The position numbers and the translations under genes were made by a program. Under the pieces are notes generated by a model. It ran no database searches. It was given only the letters and a program-made list of their open reading frames with translations, and was not told the origin of the DNA. A DNA stretch of 64,000 nt. Origin: Desulfosudaceae bacterium (GTDB lineage: Bacteria; Desulfobacterota; Desulfobacteria; Desulfobacterales; Desulfosudaceae). The stretch spans positions 2,176,001 to 2,240,000 of the forward strand of contig CAXXDV010000003.1 of NCBI GenBank assembly GCA_963674745.2, written 5' to 3'. Of this stretch, positions 1 through 11,041 are shown piece after piece; the first letter of the stretch is position 1, and the number at the start of each line of letters is the position of its first letter.

Positions 1-40
1 TGAACCAGTGCCATCAAAACAGACCCATCCGTGAACCCGT

Positions 41-1093
41 ATGACAACCTACCTGTCAAAACTGATAGAAAACCGGAATTTTCAGCAACTGGCGGCCCTG
101 AAACCGGAAGGGATCTGCCCTTTCCTAAATTATACGATCTCGCCTTATGTGTTCACCCTGGCCAATCAAGGCTGGTTTTCATGGATCAAGCGGACAACTG
201 ATCCCACTGACCGGGAACCGCCGCTGATAAAAAAACCAAAAGACAAAAAGACCAATCGCTTGTTTAAGAACGAAGTGCTGGTCAGGTGTCCCAATCCGAA
301 ACGCAATGTTATCGCCGGTATCGGGCCGTGGGAAAAGGATCAGATCGCCGTCCGTATTCTGCATGGAAGCGGTGAATGCCCTTTTCATCATCAGTCGGGC
401 CAGCTGATCATTCAGACAATTGCTGCCGGACAGCAGTCTTTGGACTACTCCCGGCTGTTTCCCGAAGTGCTGCTGGAAGCCATGTCGGAAACGTCCGCAG
501 AAGAAGCAATCGGGCTGTTTAATACCGGCCGCGTAAAATCAATCTCCCCGGTCAATATCATCAACCCCTGCCGCTTTCACAATCACCCGGTCGTTTATGA
601 CGCCCGGAGTCTGCTGCCGGACGATTGCTGCCCCCATGTCTTTCAACAGATCTATCCCCATATCCTGGCGATCATGTATGAGGCCGCTGTTCACCGGCGG
701 GTCTCCATTCAACATCCCGGAGACAGCACTGACCTGACCATAAAACTGGAAAAAAGGCTTCGAAAGCGGCCCCGCCTGATAAAACAGCTGGCAGATGGTT
801 TTTATCGTCTCTACGGTCATTTTTTTCATCCCCTGGAGCGGCTGGATTATAACTTTTTCCTGACGGTTACCGACGGTAATCCCGGTATCGGCTGTTCCAT
901 GCATCAGGGACGCCGGATGACCATTAACCTGCACAGCCCTGATTTTCTATGCCCGGCCGGACTCCACGCTGTCTACCCCTACCTGATGATGGCGGCTGCC
1001 GGCACGCAGATGGACTGGGGAGGAGATATTTCCGAAAACCGCATCCCCTGCCCGGACTGCGCCGGCATTGTTTACGGAATTGAAACCACTTAG
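41..1093 (+). CDS. Cys-rich protein with tandem TIGR04076-like domains
   Basis: Three repeats of a P-x-x-x-C-P-(x5-6)-P-[YH] helix motif (PEGICPFLNYTISPY, PDDCCPHVFQQIYPH, PDFLCPAGLHAVYPY), with CPNP/CPDC motifs downstream of two of them and additional GxCxxH motifs. Confidence 0.6.
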   Translation: MTTYLSKLIENRNFQQLAALKPEGICPFLNYTISPYVFTLANQGWFSWIKRTTDPTDREPPLIKKPKDKKTNRLFKNEVLVRCPNPKRNVIAGIGPWEKDQIAVRILHGSGECPFHHQSGQLIIQTIAAGQQSLDYSRLFPEVLLEAMSETSAEEAIGLFNTGRVKSISPVNIINPCRFHNHPVVYDARSLLPDDCCPHVFQQIYPHILAIMYEAAVHRRVSIQHPGDSTDLTIKLEKRLRKRPRLIKQLADGFYRLYGHFFHPLERLDYNFFLTVTDGNPGIGCSMHQGRRMTINLHSPDFLCPAGLHAVYPYLMMAAAGTQMDWGGDISENRIPCPDCAGIVYGIETT

Positions 1094-1140
1094 GGTTCAA
1101 AGCGTCGAGGATTCAAAGGGTTGAGGTTCGAGGTTTGGGG
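1094..1140. repeat. Degenerate 7-bp microsatellite (GGTTCAA/GGTTCGA/GGTTTGG type)
   Basis: gggttcaa...ggattcaa...ggttgaggttcgaggtttgggg; same unit family as 16573-16635. Confidence 0.6.
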
Positions 1141-1155
1141 TAACCCGGGGATATT

Positions 1156-1213
1156 GTAGGGACGGCCCCCCGTGCCTGCCCGGCAAAAGGGCACCCACAG
1201 GGGGTGCCCCTAC
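1156..1213. repeat. GTAG-type REP doublet (REPIN/BIME-like)
   Basis: GTAGGGACGGCCCCCCGTGCCTGCCC followed by inverted GGGCACCCACAGGGGGTGCCCCTAC; closely similar to 11274-11332. Confidence 0.8.
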
Positions 1214-1278
1214 GTGTGTCAAGGCCCTGGGTTTATCTTGTTAAAATTGTTCGAGGTTCGGGGATAATGGTGGGTGTT

Positions 1279-1330
1279 GTAGGAGCGACCGGCGGTCGCC
1301 CGTGGGCTCAAAAACCGGCGGGTCGCCCGG
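1279..1330. repeat. GTAG-type REP palindrome plus partial second copy
   Basis: GTAGGAGCGACCGGCGGTCGCCC hairpin, then accggcgggtcgcccg. Confidence 0.65.
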
Positions 1331-1333
1331 GTT

Positions 1334-4300
1334 TCAAAAGCGTTTGCCGCCGTTGCCCCTGAATCCGTTTCGTCTTGGTTTTCTCTTTTGGCCCCACTGC
1401 TCCGCGCCGGGTAACAACTGGCAACCGGCACGAACCGATTTATAGCCGAGCAGGGCCTCGACCCGGTCCGACAGGACCGTGCCCGGCGACAACTTCAGGG
1501 TTTCAGGCAGCGCAATCACTGTTTCCTGCTTTCCGGCAGATACCAGATGCAGAAATCCCTTACAGGTCCCCGCGTTTTCGTCAAAAATGGTTTTCAGTTC
1601 CGACAGCATTTCCCTGGTGGTAATTTCGGTATCAATCGTGCAGTGCACACTGGGCTGCCAGGCTTCACTCGCTTTTTCAATGGGCACAATACGTTCGGCC
1701 TGGAGCGTAACGGCCGACTCGGACTTTTCCAGGTTCCCTTCCACGAAAACCGGTGCGTCTTCAACCAGCAAATCTGCCACCAGCTTGAAAAGGGTGGGAA
1801 AAACAATCACCCGCAACGGGCCATAAATATCCTCAATAGAGATGTCGGCCATCAACAGGTCTTTTTTGGTCCGCTTGCGATTCACCGTGGTAATGGTGCC
1901 GCCGATGATCACATGGGCTTTGTCTTTCATCTCCCGGATGCCGACCGAATCGGCATTGGCGTATCTGGCCAGCTGATCCCTGTAATTGGAAAGCGGGTGC
2001 CCGGTCACATAAAAGCCCAGGGCTTCTTTTTCAAAAGTAAGTCGTTGTTTTTCAGACCATTCCGGGATATCCGGGAGAACCGGCGCGTTAATGGTTGTCT
2101 GGGTTTCTTCCAGATCAAAAAACGTCATCTGGGCATCCGCGCGTTCACGCTGGATTGTCTGACCGTGGGACAGGGCATCCTCGGCAGCCGCCATCATCGG
2201 TGCCCGTTCCGCACCGGTTGAATCAAAGGCGCCGCACTTGATCAGGCTTTCCACCACTTTTTTATTTACCTTGGCCAGGCTGACACGTTCACAAAAATCA
2301 AACAGTGAAAGATAGCGCCCATTATTCTCCCGTTCTTCGACCAGCACTTCGATAGCGGCTTCACCCACATTCTTGACCGCCAGCAGACCGAAACGGATAC
2401 GGCCGTCGATAACGGTAAACCGTTTCTCGCTTTCATTGATATCCGGCGGAAGAATCTCAATCCCGGCGGTACGGCACTCGGCAATAAACTTGACCACGTC
2501 ATCCGGATGGGCCATGGCACTGGTCAACAGGGCGGCCATGAATTCCACCGGAAAATGCGCCTTTAAGTAAGCTGTCTGGTAGGCGATCAGGGCGTATGCG
2601 GCGCTGTGAGACTTGTTAAACCCGTACCCCCCGAAGTATTCCATCTGCCCGTATATATCCCGGGCGATATTCTCACTGATGCCGTTCTTGACCGCGCCGG
2701 ACACAAAAATATTGCAGTGCTCGGCCATCTTTTCCATATTTTTCTTGCCCATGGCCTTGCGGAGGTCATCGGCCGAACCCATGCTGTAGCCGCCCAGCGA
2801 CTGGGCGATCTTCATCACCTGTTCCTGGTACAGGATCACACCGTAGGTTTCTTTCAGAATCGGTCCCAACTCAGGCGCGAGATATTCAACCTTTTTACGT
2901 CCGTGTTTTCTTTCAATAAAATCTTCAATCATACCGCTGCCCAGCGGGCCCGGCCGATACAACGCCACCAGGGCGACGACATCCGAGAAAACGGCCGGTT
3001 TCATCTTGACCAGGATTTCCTTCATGCCGGAACTTTCAAGCTGGAATACACCGGTGGTATCCCCCCGGGAAAGCAACTGATAGGTCAATTCATCATCCAG
3101 TTTCAGACGGGACATATCAGGCGCATCCTGGCCCTGCCCCGATATCAGGGTAAGGGCGTCCTGAATCACCGTGAGATTGCGCAACCCCAGCAGGTCCAGC
3201 TTGACCAGTCCGATGCTTTCAACGCACTTCATATCAAACTGGGTGGACACCTCCCCTTCTTTCACTGAATACAGCGGCAGGTAAGTCGACAACGGTTTGT
3301 CTCCGATCACCACCCCGGCCGCATGGGTCGAAGCGTGCCGCGGCAGCCCTTCCAAGGCTTGACCGGCTTTCATCAACTCACCGAATTCGGATTTGGATGC
3401 GATCATGTCCTTGAGCGCGGGTTCCTTTTTCATGGCATCTTCAAGGTCGTCGCTGTCAGGGGGTATCAACTTGGCAATGGCGTCGACTTCATAAAGCGGA
3501 ATATCCAGCACCCGTCCCACATCCCGGATGGCAGCCCGGCTTTTCATGGAACCGAAGGTAATAATATGGGCCACAAACTCCTCGCCCCGTATTTTTCCAC
3601 CAGGTACTTATAAACGCGATCCCGGCCGTTGATGCAGATGTCCACGTCAATATCCGGCATGCTCTTGCGTTCGGGGTTGAGAAACCGTTCAAACAACAGC
3701 CCATGCTCGATGGGATCAAGGTCGGTGATTTTCAGACAGTATGACACCAGGCTGCCTGCGGCCGACCCGCGGCCGGGACCGATGGGAATGCCATTGTTTT
3801 TGGCAAATTCGATAAAATCCGATACGATCATGAAATATCCCGGAAACTCCATATTTTTAATAACGGATATCTCATATATCAACCGCTCTTTATAAACCTG
3901 CTCGTCAGCCCCGGGATTATTGACCTGGATGCTCTTTTTCCTTTGTTCAAAACCGGCCCATACTTTTTCTTCAAAATAATCTTCGATTGATTTGTTTTCA
4001 GGGGTCTCAAAGCGTGGAAAATGGAGGGTTTTAAAATCAAGCTCGACATTGCATCGCCGTGCGATTTCTACCGTATTGTCGGCCGCCTGCGGAAAACTTT
4101 CCAGAAAAGCCCGCATTTCGTGGCCGGGCTTGAAATTAAGCTGATTGGTCTCAAACTTCATGCGATCGGTGTCATAAATGGTTTTCCCGGTCTGCAGGCA
4201 TAAAAACAATTCATGCATGCCGCTGTCCTCAGGATCCAGATAATGACAGTCATTGGTGCCCACCAGGGGTATTGAAATCCTCTGGCTCATGTCCCTTAAG

Positions 4301-4881
4301 GCATGGTTCAAGGTCTCCTGCTTGTCGATACCGTTGTTCTGGACTTCCAGAAAAAAGCGGTCTTCACCGAATATTTCGCAGAACGACCTGGCCGCGGCAT
4401 CGGCCTCATCGGTTCTGCCCTGCATCAGCAACTGGGGGACTTCTCCTCCCAGGCAGGCGGACAGACCGATCAGCCCTGAGCTGTATTCCCTCAGCACTTC
4501 CTTGTCGATCCGGGGTTTATGATAAAACCCCTTTAACGAAGAGAGGGTGACCAGACGGCAAAGGTGTCGATAGCCTTCCATATTTTCCGCCAGCAGCACC
4601 AGGTGGGAAAGTCCTTCGTGGTCCTGGGGGGTTTTATCGGCCATTGTTCGCGGTGCCAGGTAACATTCACAACCGATGATGGGCTTTATTCCGGCCTTTA
4701 CCGCCGCTTTGTAGAAATTGACCACGCCGAACATGTTGCCGTGATCGGTAATGGCCACTGACGTCATACCGTATTTTACGGCGCGTTTTACAAGGGATTT
4801 GAGACGGATGATACCGTCCAGAAGGCTGTATTCGGTATGGACGTGAAGATGGACGAAGTTCGCGGCTTCAGTTTGGGACAT
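1334..4881 (-). CDS. dnaE: DNA polymerase III alpha subunit, split into two ORFs (3544-4881 and 1334-3574) by a 1-nt frameshift at 3585-3588
   Basis: PHP domain [25 protein letters not shown] and catalytic MPDIDVD in the upstream [30 protein letters not shown] and OB-fold in the downstream ORF. One extra G in TAC GGGG CG restores [17 protein letters not shown]. Confidence 0.95.
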
Positions 4882-4927
4882 AGTTTCCACAAAAAACTTT
4901 TGGGGGTTAACGGATAGTCCGTTTTTT

Positions 4928-5492
4928 AAGGTTTTAGAGTTTTAGGGTTTTAGGGTTTTAGGGTTTTGGTGATTATGTGGTTAAGTGGTTAAGTGTTTAA
5001 GTGGTTAAGTGTTTAAGTGGTTATGGGGTTATGGGGTTATGGGGTTATGTGTTTAAGTGGTTAAGTGGTTATGTGGTTATGGGGTTATGGGGTTATGTGG
5101 TTAAGTTAAAAACGGATTCGATCGTTTTTAAGTTAATCGAACTTGATCGTCTGGATGACTATCTGCAAAAGCATTTTTCCGGACAGCCTGTGTATAGACA
5201 AAATAATTTGCCGTTTGTGCCATATTGAATTGCAGGTTGATCTTCCCTGATGCAATCCCGCCGATCTGCCACGCCCCCTTAAACACGTAATCACTTAAGC
5301 ACCTAAACACAAGACACTTTAGAACCAATTGCTTAAATGCCAGGGCTGCACGAGCGCCGAACACTTAACCACTTAATCACATAAACACTTAAACACTTAA
5401 ACACATAATCACATAACCACTTAATCACATTATCCTTAAACGTCTAAGCAACCCAACGCCCCGACGCTTAAACATTTAATCACAAAACCACC
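4928..5492. repeat. Composite element: (GTGGTTAA/GTGGTTAT/GTGTTTAA)n left arm, ~170-bp spacer, inverted (TTAACCAC/TTAAACAC/ATAATCAC)n right arm
   Basis: Octamer tandem array at 4928-5105 and reverse-complement array at ~5280-5492; the spacer is homologous to 7905-8011. Confidence 0.85.
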
Positions 5493-5504
5493 TGAGCCCG
5501 CCGC

Positions 5505-6965
5505 TTATTCAACCCGATAGTTGGGTGCCTCCTTCGTGATAATGACATCATGGACGTGGCTTTCCCGCAAGCCGGCGGCGCTGATCTTCACAAAGCGGCC
5601 TCTTTCCCTGAGTTCATCAATTGTCCTGCAGCCAAGGTATCCCATACCGGCCTTCAACCCGCCGATCAGCTGGATAATGTTGTTCCCAATGGTTCCCCGA
5701 TAGGGTACCCGGCCGACAATCCCCTCCGGGACCAGGAGCGTATCATCCACATCGTCCGTCTGATAGTACCTGTCCTTGCTGCCCTGTTTCATGGCCTCGA
5801 CCGAGCCCATTCCCCGGTACACCTTGTAACTCCGCCCCTGATAAAGGACCGTTTCCCCCGGACTTTCTTCGGTCCCGGCAAACAGGCCGCCGATCATAAC
5901 GGAATGTGCACCGGCCGCAATCGCCTTGGTCACATCACCGGAATATTTGATACCTCCGTCGGCAATCAGCGGCACACCCGACTTGTTGGATACGGATTTG
6001 CAGTTCATAATGGCCGACAACTGAGGCATGCCTACGCCCGCCACCACCCGGGTGGTGCATATCGACCCCGGGCCGACACCGATTTTAACACCGTCAACGC
6101 CGGCTTCGATCAGGGCTTCCGCCCCCTTACCCGTGCAGACATTACCGGCAATGACTTCCGCATTTTTAAAATCGCCTTTAACCATCTGAACGGTTTTAAT
6201 AACGTTTTGCGAATGACCGTGGGAAGTATCAATAACGAGGACATCCGCACCGACATTCAACAGTGCTTCCACCCGCTGGGGTGTATCTTTGCTGACGCCA
6301 ATGGCGGCACCCACGCGAAGCCGGCCCAGATTGTCCTTGCAGGCCTGGGGAAATTTTTTCACTTTTTCAATATCCTTCATGGTAATCATGCCGACCAGGC
6401 CGCCGGACTTGTCCACCACCAGCAGCTTTTCAATTTTATGCTGATGAAGCAGTTCCTTGGACTCTTCCAGGGTGATGCCTTCCGGAACGGTCACCAGGTT
6501 TTCGCTGGTCATGACTTCGGACACTTTCCTTTCAAGATCGTTTTCAAAACGCAAGTCCCGGTTGGTCACGATGCCCACCAGCCGGCTGCCCTGGGTCACC
6601 GGCACACCGGAAATGTTATACTCACGCATCGTTTTCAACACACTGCTGATCGGCAAATCCGGAGAGGTGGTCACCGGGTTGACGATCATGCCGCTTTCTG
6701 ATTTTTTCACACGGCCGACCTCAAGGGCCTGCTGTTCAATACTCAGATTTCGATGAATAAAGCCGATACCCCCTGCCCGGGCCATACTGATGGCGGTTGC
6801 CGACTCAGTGACGGTATCCATGGCCGCACTGACAATGGGAATATTCAGTGAAATATTTTTAGTCAGATGGGTGGCGGTAACAACATTTTCCGGCAGCACA
6901 TCTGAATAGCCGGGAATCAACAGAACATCATCAAATGAATAAGCTTCATCAGGGGATATTTTCAT
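5505..6965 (-). CDS. guaB: IMP dehydrogenase with CBS pair
   Basis: [18 protein letters not shown], catalytic [18 protein letters not shown] 6965 preceded by GGAGG. Confidence 0.98.
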   Translation of the reverse strand: MKISPDEAYSFDDVLLIPGYSDVLPENVVTATHLTKNISLNIPIVSAAMDTVTESATAISMARAGGIGFIHRNLSIEQQALEVGRVKKSESGMIVNPVTTSPDLPISSVLKTMREYNISGVPVTQGSRLVGIVTNRDLRFENDLERKVSEVMTSENLVTVPEGITLEESKELLHQHKIEKLLVVDKSGGLVGMITMKDIEKVKKFPQACKDNLGRLRVGAAIGVSKDTPQRVEALLNVGADVLVIDTSHGHSQNVIKTVQMVKGDFKNAEVIAGNVCTGKGAEALIEAGVDGVKIGVGPGSICTTRVVAGVGMPQLSAIMNCKSVSNKSGVPLIADGGIKYSGDVTKAIAAGAHSVMIGGLFAGTEESPGETVLYQGRSYKVYRGMGSVEAMKQGSKDRYYQTDDVDDTLLVPEGIVGRVPYRGTIGNNIIQLIGGLKAGMGYLGCRTIDELRERGRFVKISAAGLRESHVHDVIITKEAPNYRVE

Positions 6966-7187
6966 AATCTTTGAACCTCCGAACATACTGTTATTATAAC
7001 GAAATCGTCGCAGAGTTGCGCGCACACAATAAAAAGCGACCTTCTGAAAGAAGCATTTTACATCAAATAACAAAAGATAATTTACTTTACAATCTTTTTT
7101 ATTTAAGGTTTTATGGCCGAATTAAAGAAAAAAGACGATAGCGCCTGGACCTGAAACAAAAAATCAACCGACAACGGACCGAACGAC

Positions 7188-7796
7188 ATGATTTTTCGTA
7201 TTAACCCGGATAACCCTCAGAAACGACTTATTAATAAAGTAGTGGAGATCCTGCGTGAAGGCGGCATAATCGCTTATCCCACGGATACCTTTTACGGCAT
7301 CGGGTGCGATATTACCTGCAAAAAAAGTGTGGAAAAAATTTACAACATGAAACAGCGCACCCGTACCAAACCATTCAGTTTTATCTGCAGTGACCTGAAA
7401 AACATCAGCCAGTACGCCAAGGTGAGCAATTACGCTTACAAAACCATGAAACGGTTGTTACCAGGGCCCTATACCTTTATCCTGGAAGGTTCACGACCAC
7501 TTCCGCGAATTATGGTTTCCAAGCGCAAAACAGCCGGTATTCGCGTGCCCAACCATAAAATATGTATTGATATTGTACGGGAACTGGGCAATCCCATTAT
7601 CTCGACCAGTGCCACCAGTCCGGATAAAACCGTGTTTGATGATCCTTCTTTTATTGATGAACACTACGGTCACCAGATCGATGTGGTCATCGACGGCGGT
7701 CCGGTACCGTCAAAGCCCTCGAGCGTTATCTCACTGATTGGTGATGAACCGGAAGTGATCCGCGAAGGGCTCGGGGATGTGAGCATATTTGTTTGA
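7188..7796 (+). CDS. Sua5/YciO/YrdC family (threonylcarbamoyl-AMP synthase-like) protein
   Basis: IAYPTDTFYGIGC, KxR, LPGPYTFIL, GIRVP, STSA motifs. Confidence 0.92.
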   Translation: MIFRINPDNPQKRLINKVVEILREGGIIAYPTDTFYGIGCDITCKKSVEKIYNMKQRTRTKPFSFICSDLKNISQYAKVSNYAYKTMKRLLPGPYTFILEGSRPLPRIMVSKRKTAGIRVPNHKICIDIVRELGNPIISTSATSPDKTVFDDPSFIDEHYGHQIDVVIDGGPVPSKPSSVISLIGDEPEVIREGLGDVSIFV

Positions 7797-7851
7797 GGCC
7801 AGGCTCCGGATAAAGTACTGCAAAGCTAGAAGCCATTATGTCATAACAAAC

Positions 7852-8088
7852 GTTTTAGGTGATTATGTGATTATGTGTTTATGTGGTTAAGGGACGGGGA
7901 AAACCGGCAGGATTGCATCAGAAAAGATTAACCGACAGATTCAATAACGGCGCAAATCATTCAGGCTATAGGCTGTCCGGAAAGGTATCTTTGCAGATAG
8001 CCATTCAGACGCCCAGGTCCTATTATTACGAATATTCCCGAACCCGGTTGCCACCTAACCACTTAATCACCTAATCACTTAACCACAT
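7852..8088. repeat. Second composite element: octamer left arm (7852-7891), conserved core (7905-8011), inverted octamer right arm (8052-8088)
   Basis: gtgattatgtgattatgtgtttatgtggttaa ... cacctaaccacttaatcacctaatcacttaaccac; core matches the reverse complement of 5148-5262. Confidence 0.8.
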
Positions 8089-8089
8089 A

Positions 8090-8995
8090 CTAAGGCTGAT
8101 ACAAATACCCGCCGTAAAAGGTTCGTTCGGCGGCAACGCGATGGATCAACTCAGCCGTTGACATGCCGGTCAGCAGTTCAATCATGGACAGACTTCTTTG
8201 CTGCGGAGGATAGACAGGAACGATTTTTCCTTTTATACCGGCCAGCCGCCCGGCCATTTCAATCGCATCTTCCAGATTGCCCAGTTGATCAACTAGGCCG
8301 ATTTCCGTTGCTGTCTTACCGGAGAATATACGGCCGTCGGCTATTTTTTTAACGGCTTCAACCGTCATACCGCGTCCCTGAGCGACATCAGAAATAAACT
8401 GACCATGCAGGTCATCGGCAAAGGCCTGAAGGAGCGCCTTCTCCTCTTCGGTCATCTTCCTGACCGGAGAGGCGATGTCTTTATACCGCCCGCTTTTGAT
8501 GACCACCGGCGAGAGACCAATTTTACCGAACAAATCTTCAAGATTGGTATAACTCATGATCACGCCGATGCTGCCGGTAATCGTTCCCGGGTTGGCCATA
8601 ATCGTATCTGCGGCCGAAGCCACATAGTAACCGCCGGAAGCGGCCAGCGAGCCCATGGAAGCCACAATTTTTTTCTTTTCTGATGCCTTGCGGATTTCCC
8701 GGTAGATTTCCTGTGATGGCCCCACACCGCCGCCCGGGGAATCAATTCTGACAACAACCGCCTTAATTGACGGGTTTTCACGAAAGGCTTTTAATTGATC
8801 AACCGTATCTTCAGCGTCCATGATGGCGCCTTCGATTTTCACCACTCCCACCTTTTCTCCCAGTTCAAAAGTGGTGGTCTTTCCTGAATAGGTAAACATG
8901 GTGGAAAAAATAGCGGATATAAGAATGATACCGCCCAGAGTCATGGCGGTAAACATCAGGATAAAAAAAAGAAAAGGATGCCTTCTGGAAAACAT
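8090..8995 (-). CDS. sppA: Signal peptide peptidase SppA (36K type, S49)
   Basis: N-terminal TM, RIDSPGG, AASGGYY, TGSIGV, KSGRYKD, ADGRIF; likely start ATG 8995. Confidence 0.95.
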   Translation of the reverse strand: MFSRRHPFLFFILMFTAMTLGGIILISAIFSTMFTYSGKTTTFELGEKVGVVKIEGAIMDAEDTVDQLKAFRENPSIKAVVVRIDSPGGGVGPSQEIYREIRKASEKKKIVASMGSLAASGGYYVASAADTIMANPGTITGSIGVIMSYTNLEDLFGKIGLSPVVIKSGRYKDIASPVRKMTEEEKALLQAFADDLHGQFISDVAQGRGMTVEAVKKIADGRIFSGKTATEIGLVDQLGNLEDAIEMAGRLAGIKGKIVPVYPPQQRSLSMIELLTGMSTAELIHRVAAERTFYGGYLYQP

Positions 8996-9031
8996 AATGA
9001 CGCTCCGTCCGGGCACTCACAGCGCTAATTA

Positions 9032-9066
9032 CAGAACCGGGAACCGCAAAACGGCTCCCGGTTCTG
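9032..9066 (-). terminator. Stem-loop between rpsA and sppA
   Basis: CAGAACCGGGA...TCCCGGTTCTG perfect 11-bp stem; no clear U-tract, so it may be a stabiliser or pause site. Confidence 0.45.
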
Positions 9067-9125
9067 AATATCAGTTCAATTATATAAATTCAAACAAATA
9101 CAAATTTTATCTGAGAGGCACCGAA

Positions 9126-11009
9126 TCAGGAAGACGCCTCATCATCATCGGTTGATTCCGGGGCTGAACCGTCTGGTTCCGTCACCTCTTCCGGAGCGGC
9201 GTCTTCAGCAGCCGGTACTTCGTTCTCTTTTTCAGCCGTTTTGGCGGCCTCGTTCAGCCCTTCCTGAAGATTTTCCCTTAACAACTCACCAAACGCCGAC
9301 CGGGCCGGCTTGGAGTTGTCCACGTAATCTTTGAGAAGACTTTTTTCGTCATCGATTTCAAGACGCTTGATGGAAAGACCGATCTTTCTTTCATCGGCAT
9401 TGACATTCATGACCCGGGCCGTTATTTCCGTGCCCACCTCATACTGTCCGACCGGTGTCTTGATCCGCTCGGCACTCACTTCGGACACATGTACCAGGCC
9501 TTCTATGCCTTCTTCAAGCTCGACAAAAATTCCGAAATCCGTCACATTGGTGATCATTCCGGATACTTTTGTGCCGATGGGATAGCGTTCCCTGACACTT
9601 TCCCAGGGATCCGCCTCAAGCTGCTTGACGCCCATGGAAAACCGTTCGTTGTCTTTATCGATCTCGAGTACGACCGCCTGAACGACATCGCCCTTTTTAT
9701 ATATCTCGGAAGGATGTTTGATGCGCTTGGTCCAGGAAATATCAGAAATATGAACCAGCCCGTCGATATCATCATCAATGCCGATAAACAGGCCAAAATC
9801 GGTGATATTCTTGATCCGGCCCTCAATAACCGTACCCACCGGATATTTTTCACTGACGACTTCCCAGGGATTGGGTTCAATCTGTTTCATACCCAGTGAA
9901 ATTCGTCTATTATCCGGCTGCACGTCCAGAACAACCGCTTCGACTTCCTCTCCGACATTAACGACACGGGAAGGATGGCGGACTTTACGGGTCCAGGATA
10001 TTTCTGAAACGTGAATCAAGCCCTCAACGCCTTCTTCCAGTTCAATAAAAATGCCGTAATTGGTAATGCTGACCACTTTTCCGGATACCCGTTTACCGAC
10101 AGCGTATTTCTCGCTGACAAAGGTCCAGGGGTCAGGTGTTAACTGTTTCATGCCCAGAGAGATCTTTTTCTTTTCCAGATCAAAGGACAGTACTTTAAGC
10201 GTAATGTTGTCCCCGACCGTAAACATCTCGGCCGGATGCCTGACCCGTCCCCAGGAGATATCCGTAATATGAAGCAGGCCGTCAACACCGCCCAGGTCAA
10301 CAAACACACCGTATTCGGTAATATTTTTGACGATACCTTCCAGGACCTGCCCTTCGGCAATATTTTCCAGCACCTCGGCCCGTTTGGCTTTCAGATCCTG
10401 TTCGAGCAGTACACGCCGTGACAGAACGATATTGTTACGACGGCGGTTGTATTTTAATACCTTGAACTCATAGGTCTGACCGACCATTTCATCAAAATTC
10501 CGGATGGGTCTAAGATCAGCCTGAGAGCCCGGCAGAAAGGCCTGAAGCCCGACGTCAACTGAAAAACCGCCTTTGACTCTGCTGACGATCACGCCTTCAA
10601 TGACACCGTCGTCATCATATGTGTCCTTGATCGTTTCCCAGACCTTGACCTTGACGGCTTTTTCCTTGGACAGAACCAGCGTCTCATGCTCTTCGTCCCA
10701 GTACTCGATCATCACATCGACAGCATCGCCGACTTTCAGTTTCACTTTACCTTCTTCATTTTTGAACTCGCTGGTTTTAATCTGGCCTTCGGATTTGTAT
10801 CCGATGTCCACCAGCACATAGTCCCTGTCCATGGAGACAATGGTTCCGGTAACCACTTCGCCTTCGGCAAACTGTTTGATACTGTCCTCATACATCTCCA
10901 TCAGCGCTTCCATGCTTTCTTCACCCGATTCGTCAAAGTCAGCTTCCTGCGCTTCTAAATCGTCCTGCTCTTCCATCGTGTTGTCATTTTCTGTTAATTG
11001 ATTAACCAT
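9126..11009 (-). CDS. rpsA: 30S ribosomal protein S1
   Basis: Six S1 repeats (VDIGYKSEG, ITEYGVFVDLGGVDGLLH, GLIHVSE etc.); downstream of cmk. Confidence 0.98.
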   Translation of the reverse strand: MVNQLTENDNTMEEQDDLEAQEADFDESGEESMEALMEMYEDSIKQFAEGEVVTGTIVSMDRDYVLVDIGYKSEGQIKTSEFKNEEGKVKLKVGDAVDVMIEYWDEEHETLVLSKEKAVKVKVWETIKDTYDDDGVIEGVIVSRVKGGFSVDVGLQAFLPGSQADLRPIRNFDEMVGQTYEFKVLKYNRRRNNIVLSRRVLLEQDLKAKRAEVLENIAEGQVLEGIVKNITEYGVFVDLGGVDGLLHITDISWGRVRHPAEMFTVGDNITLKVLSFDLEKKKISLGMKQLTPDPWTFVSEKYAVGKRVSGKVVSITNYGIFIELEEGVEGLIHVSEISWTRKVRHPSRVVNVGEEVEAVVLDVQPDNRRISLGMKQIEPNPWEVVSEKYPVGTVIEGRIKNITDFGLFIGIDDDIDGLVHISDISWTKRIKHPSEIYKKGDVVQAVVLEIDKDNERFSMGVKQLEADPWESVRERYPIGTKVSGMITNVTDFGIFVELEEGIEGLVHVSEVSAERIKTPVGQYEVGTEITARVMNVNADERKIGLSIKRLEIDDEKSLLKDYVDNSKPARSAFGELLRENLQEGLNEAAKTAEKENEVPAAEDAAPEEVTEPDGSAPESTDDDEASS

Positions 11010-11041
11010 TAAACTAAAACCCCCTTACCTATTTTTAATAC

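Noticed and set aside
3544..3600. Split intein in dnaE
   Set aside because: No intein N- or C-terminal residues; the halves join directly with a 1-nt correction.
4928..4968. (TTTTAGGG)n resembling a telomere repeat
   Set aside because: Only about three units, internal, and grading into the local GTGGTTAA octamer family.
5001..5364. Two short ORFs (75 aa plus strand, 78 aa minus strand)
   Set aside because: Largely translations of the octamer repeats (LSGYVVMGLWGY); no RBS or family signal.
4928..5492. Possible CRISPR array
   Set aside because: Units are 8 bp with no unique spacers; no cas genes in the window.
5550..6701. 383-aa plus-strand ORF
   Set aside because: Antisense shadow of guaB.
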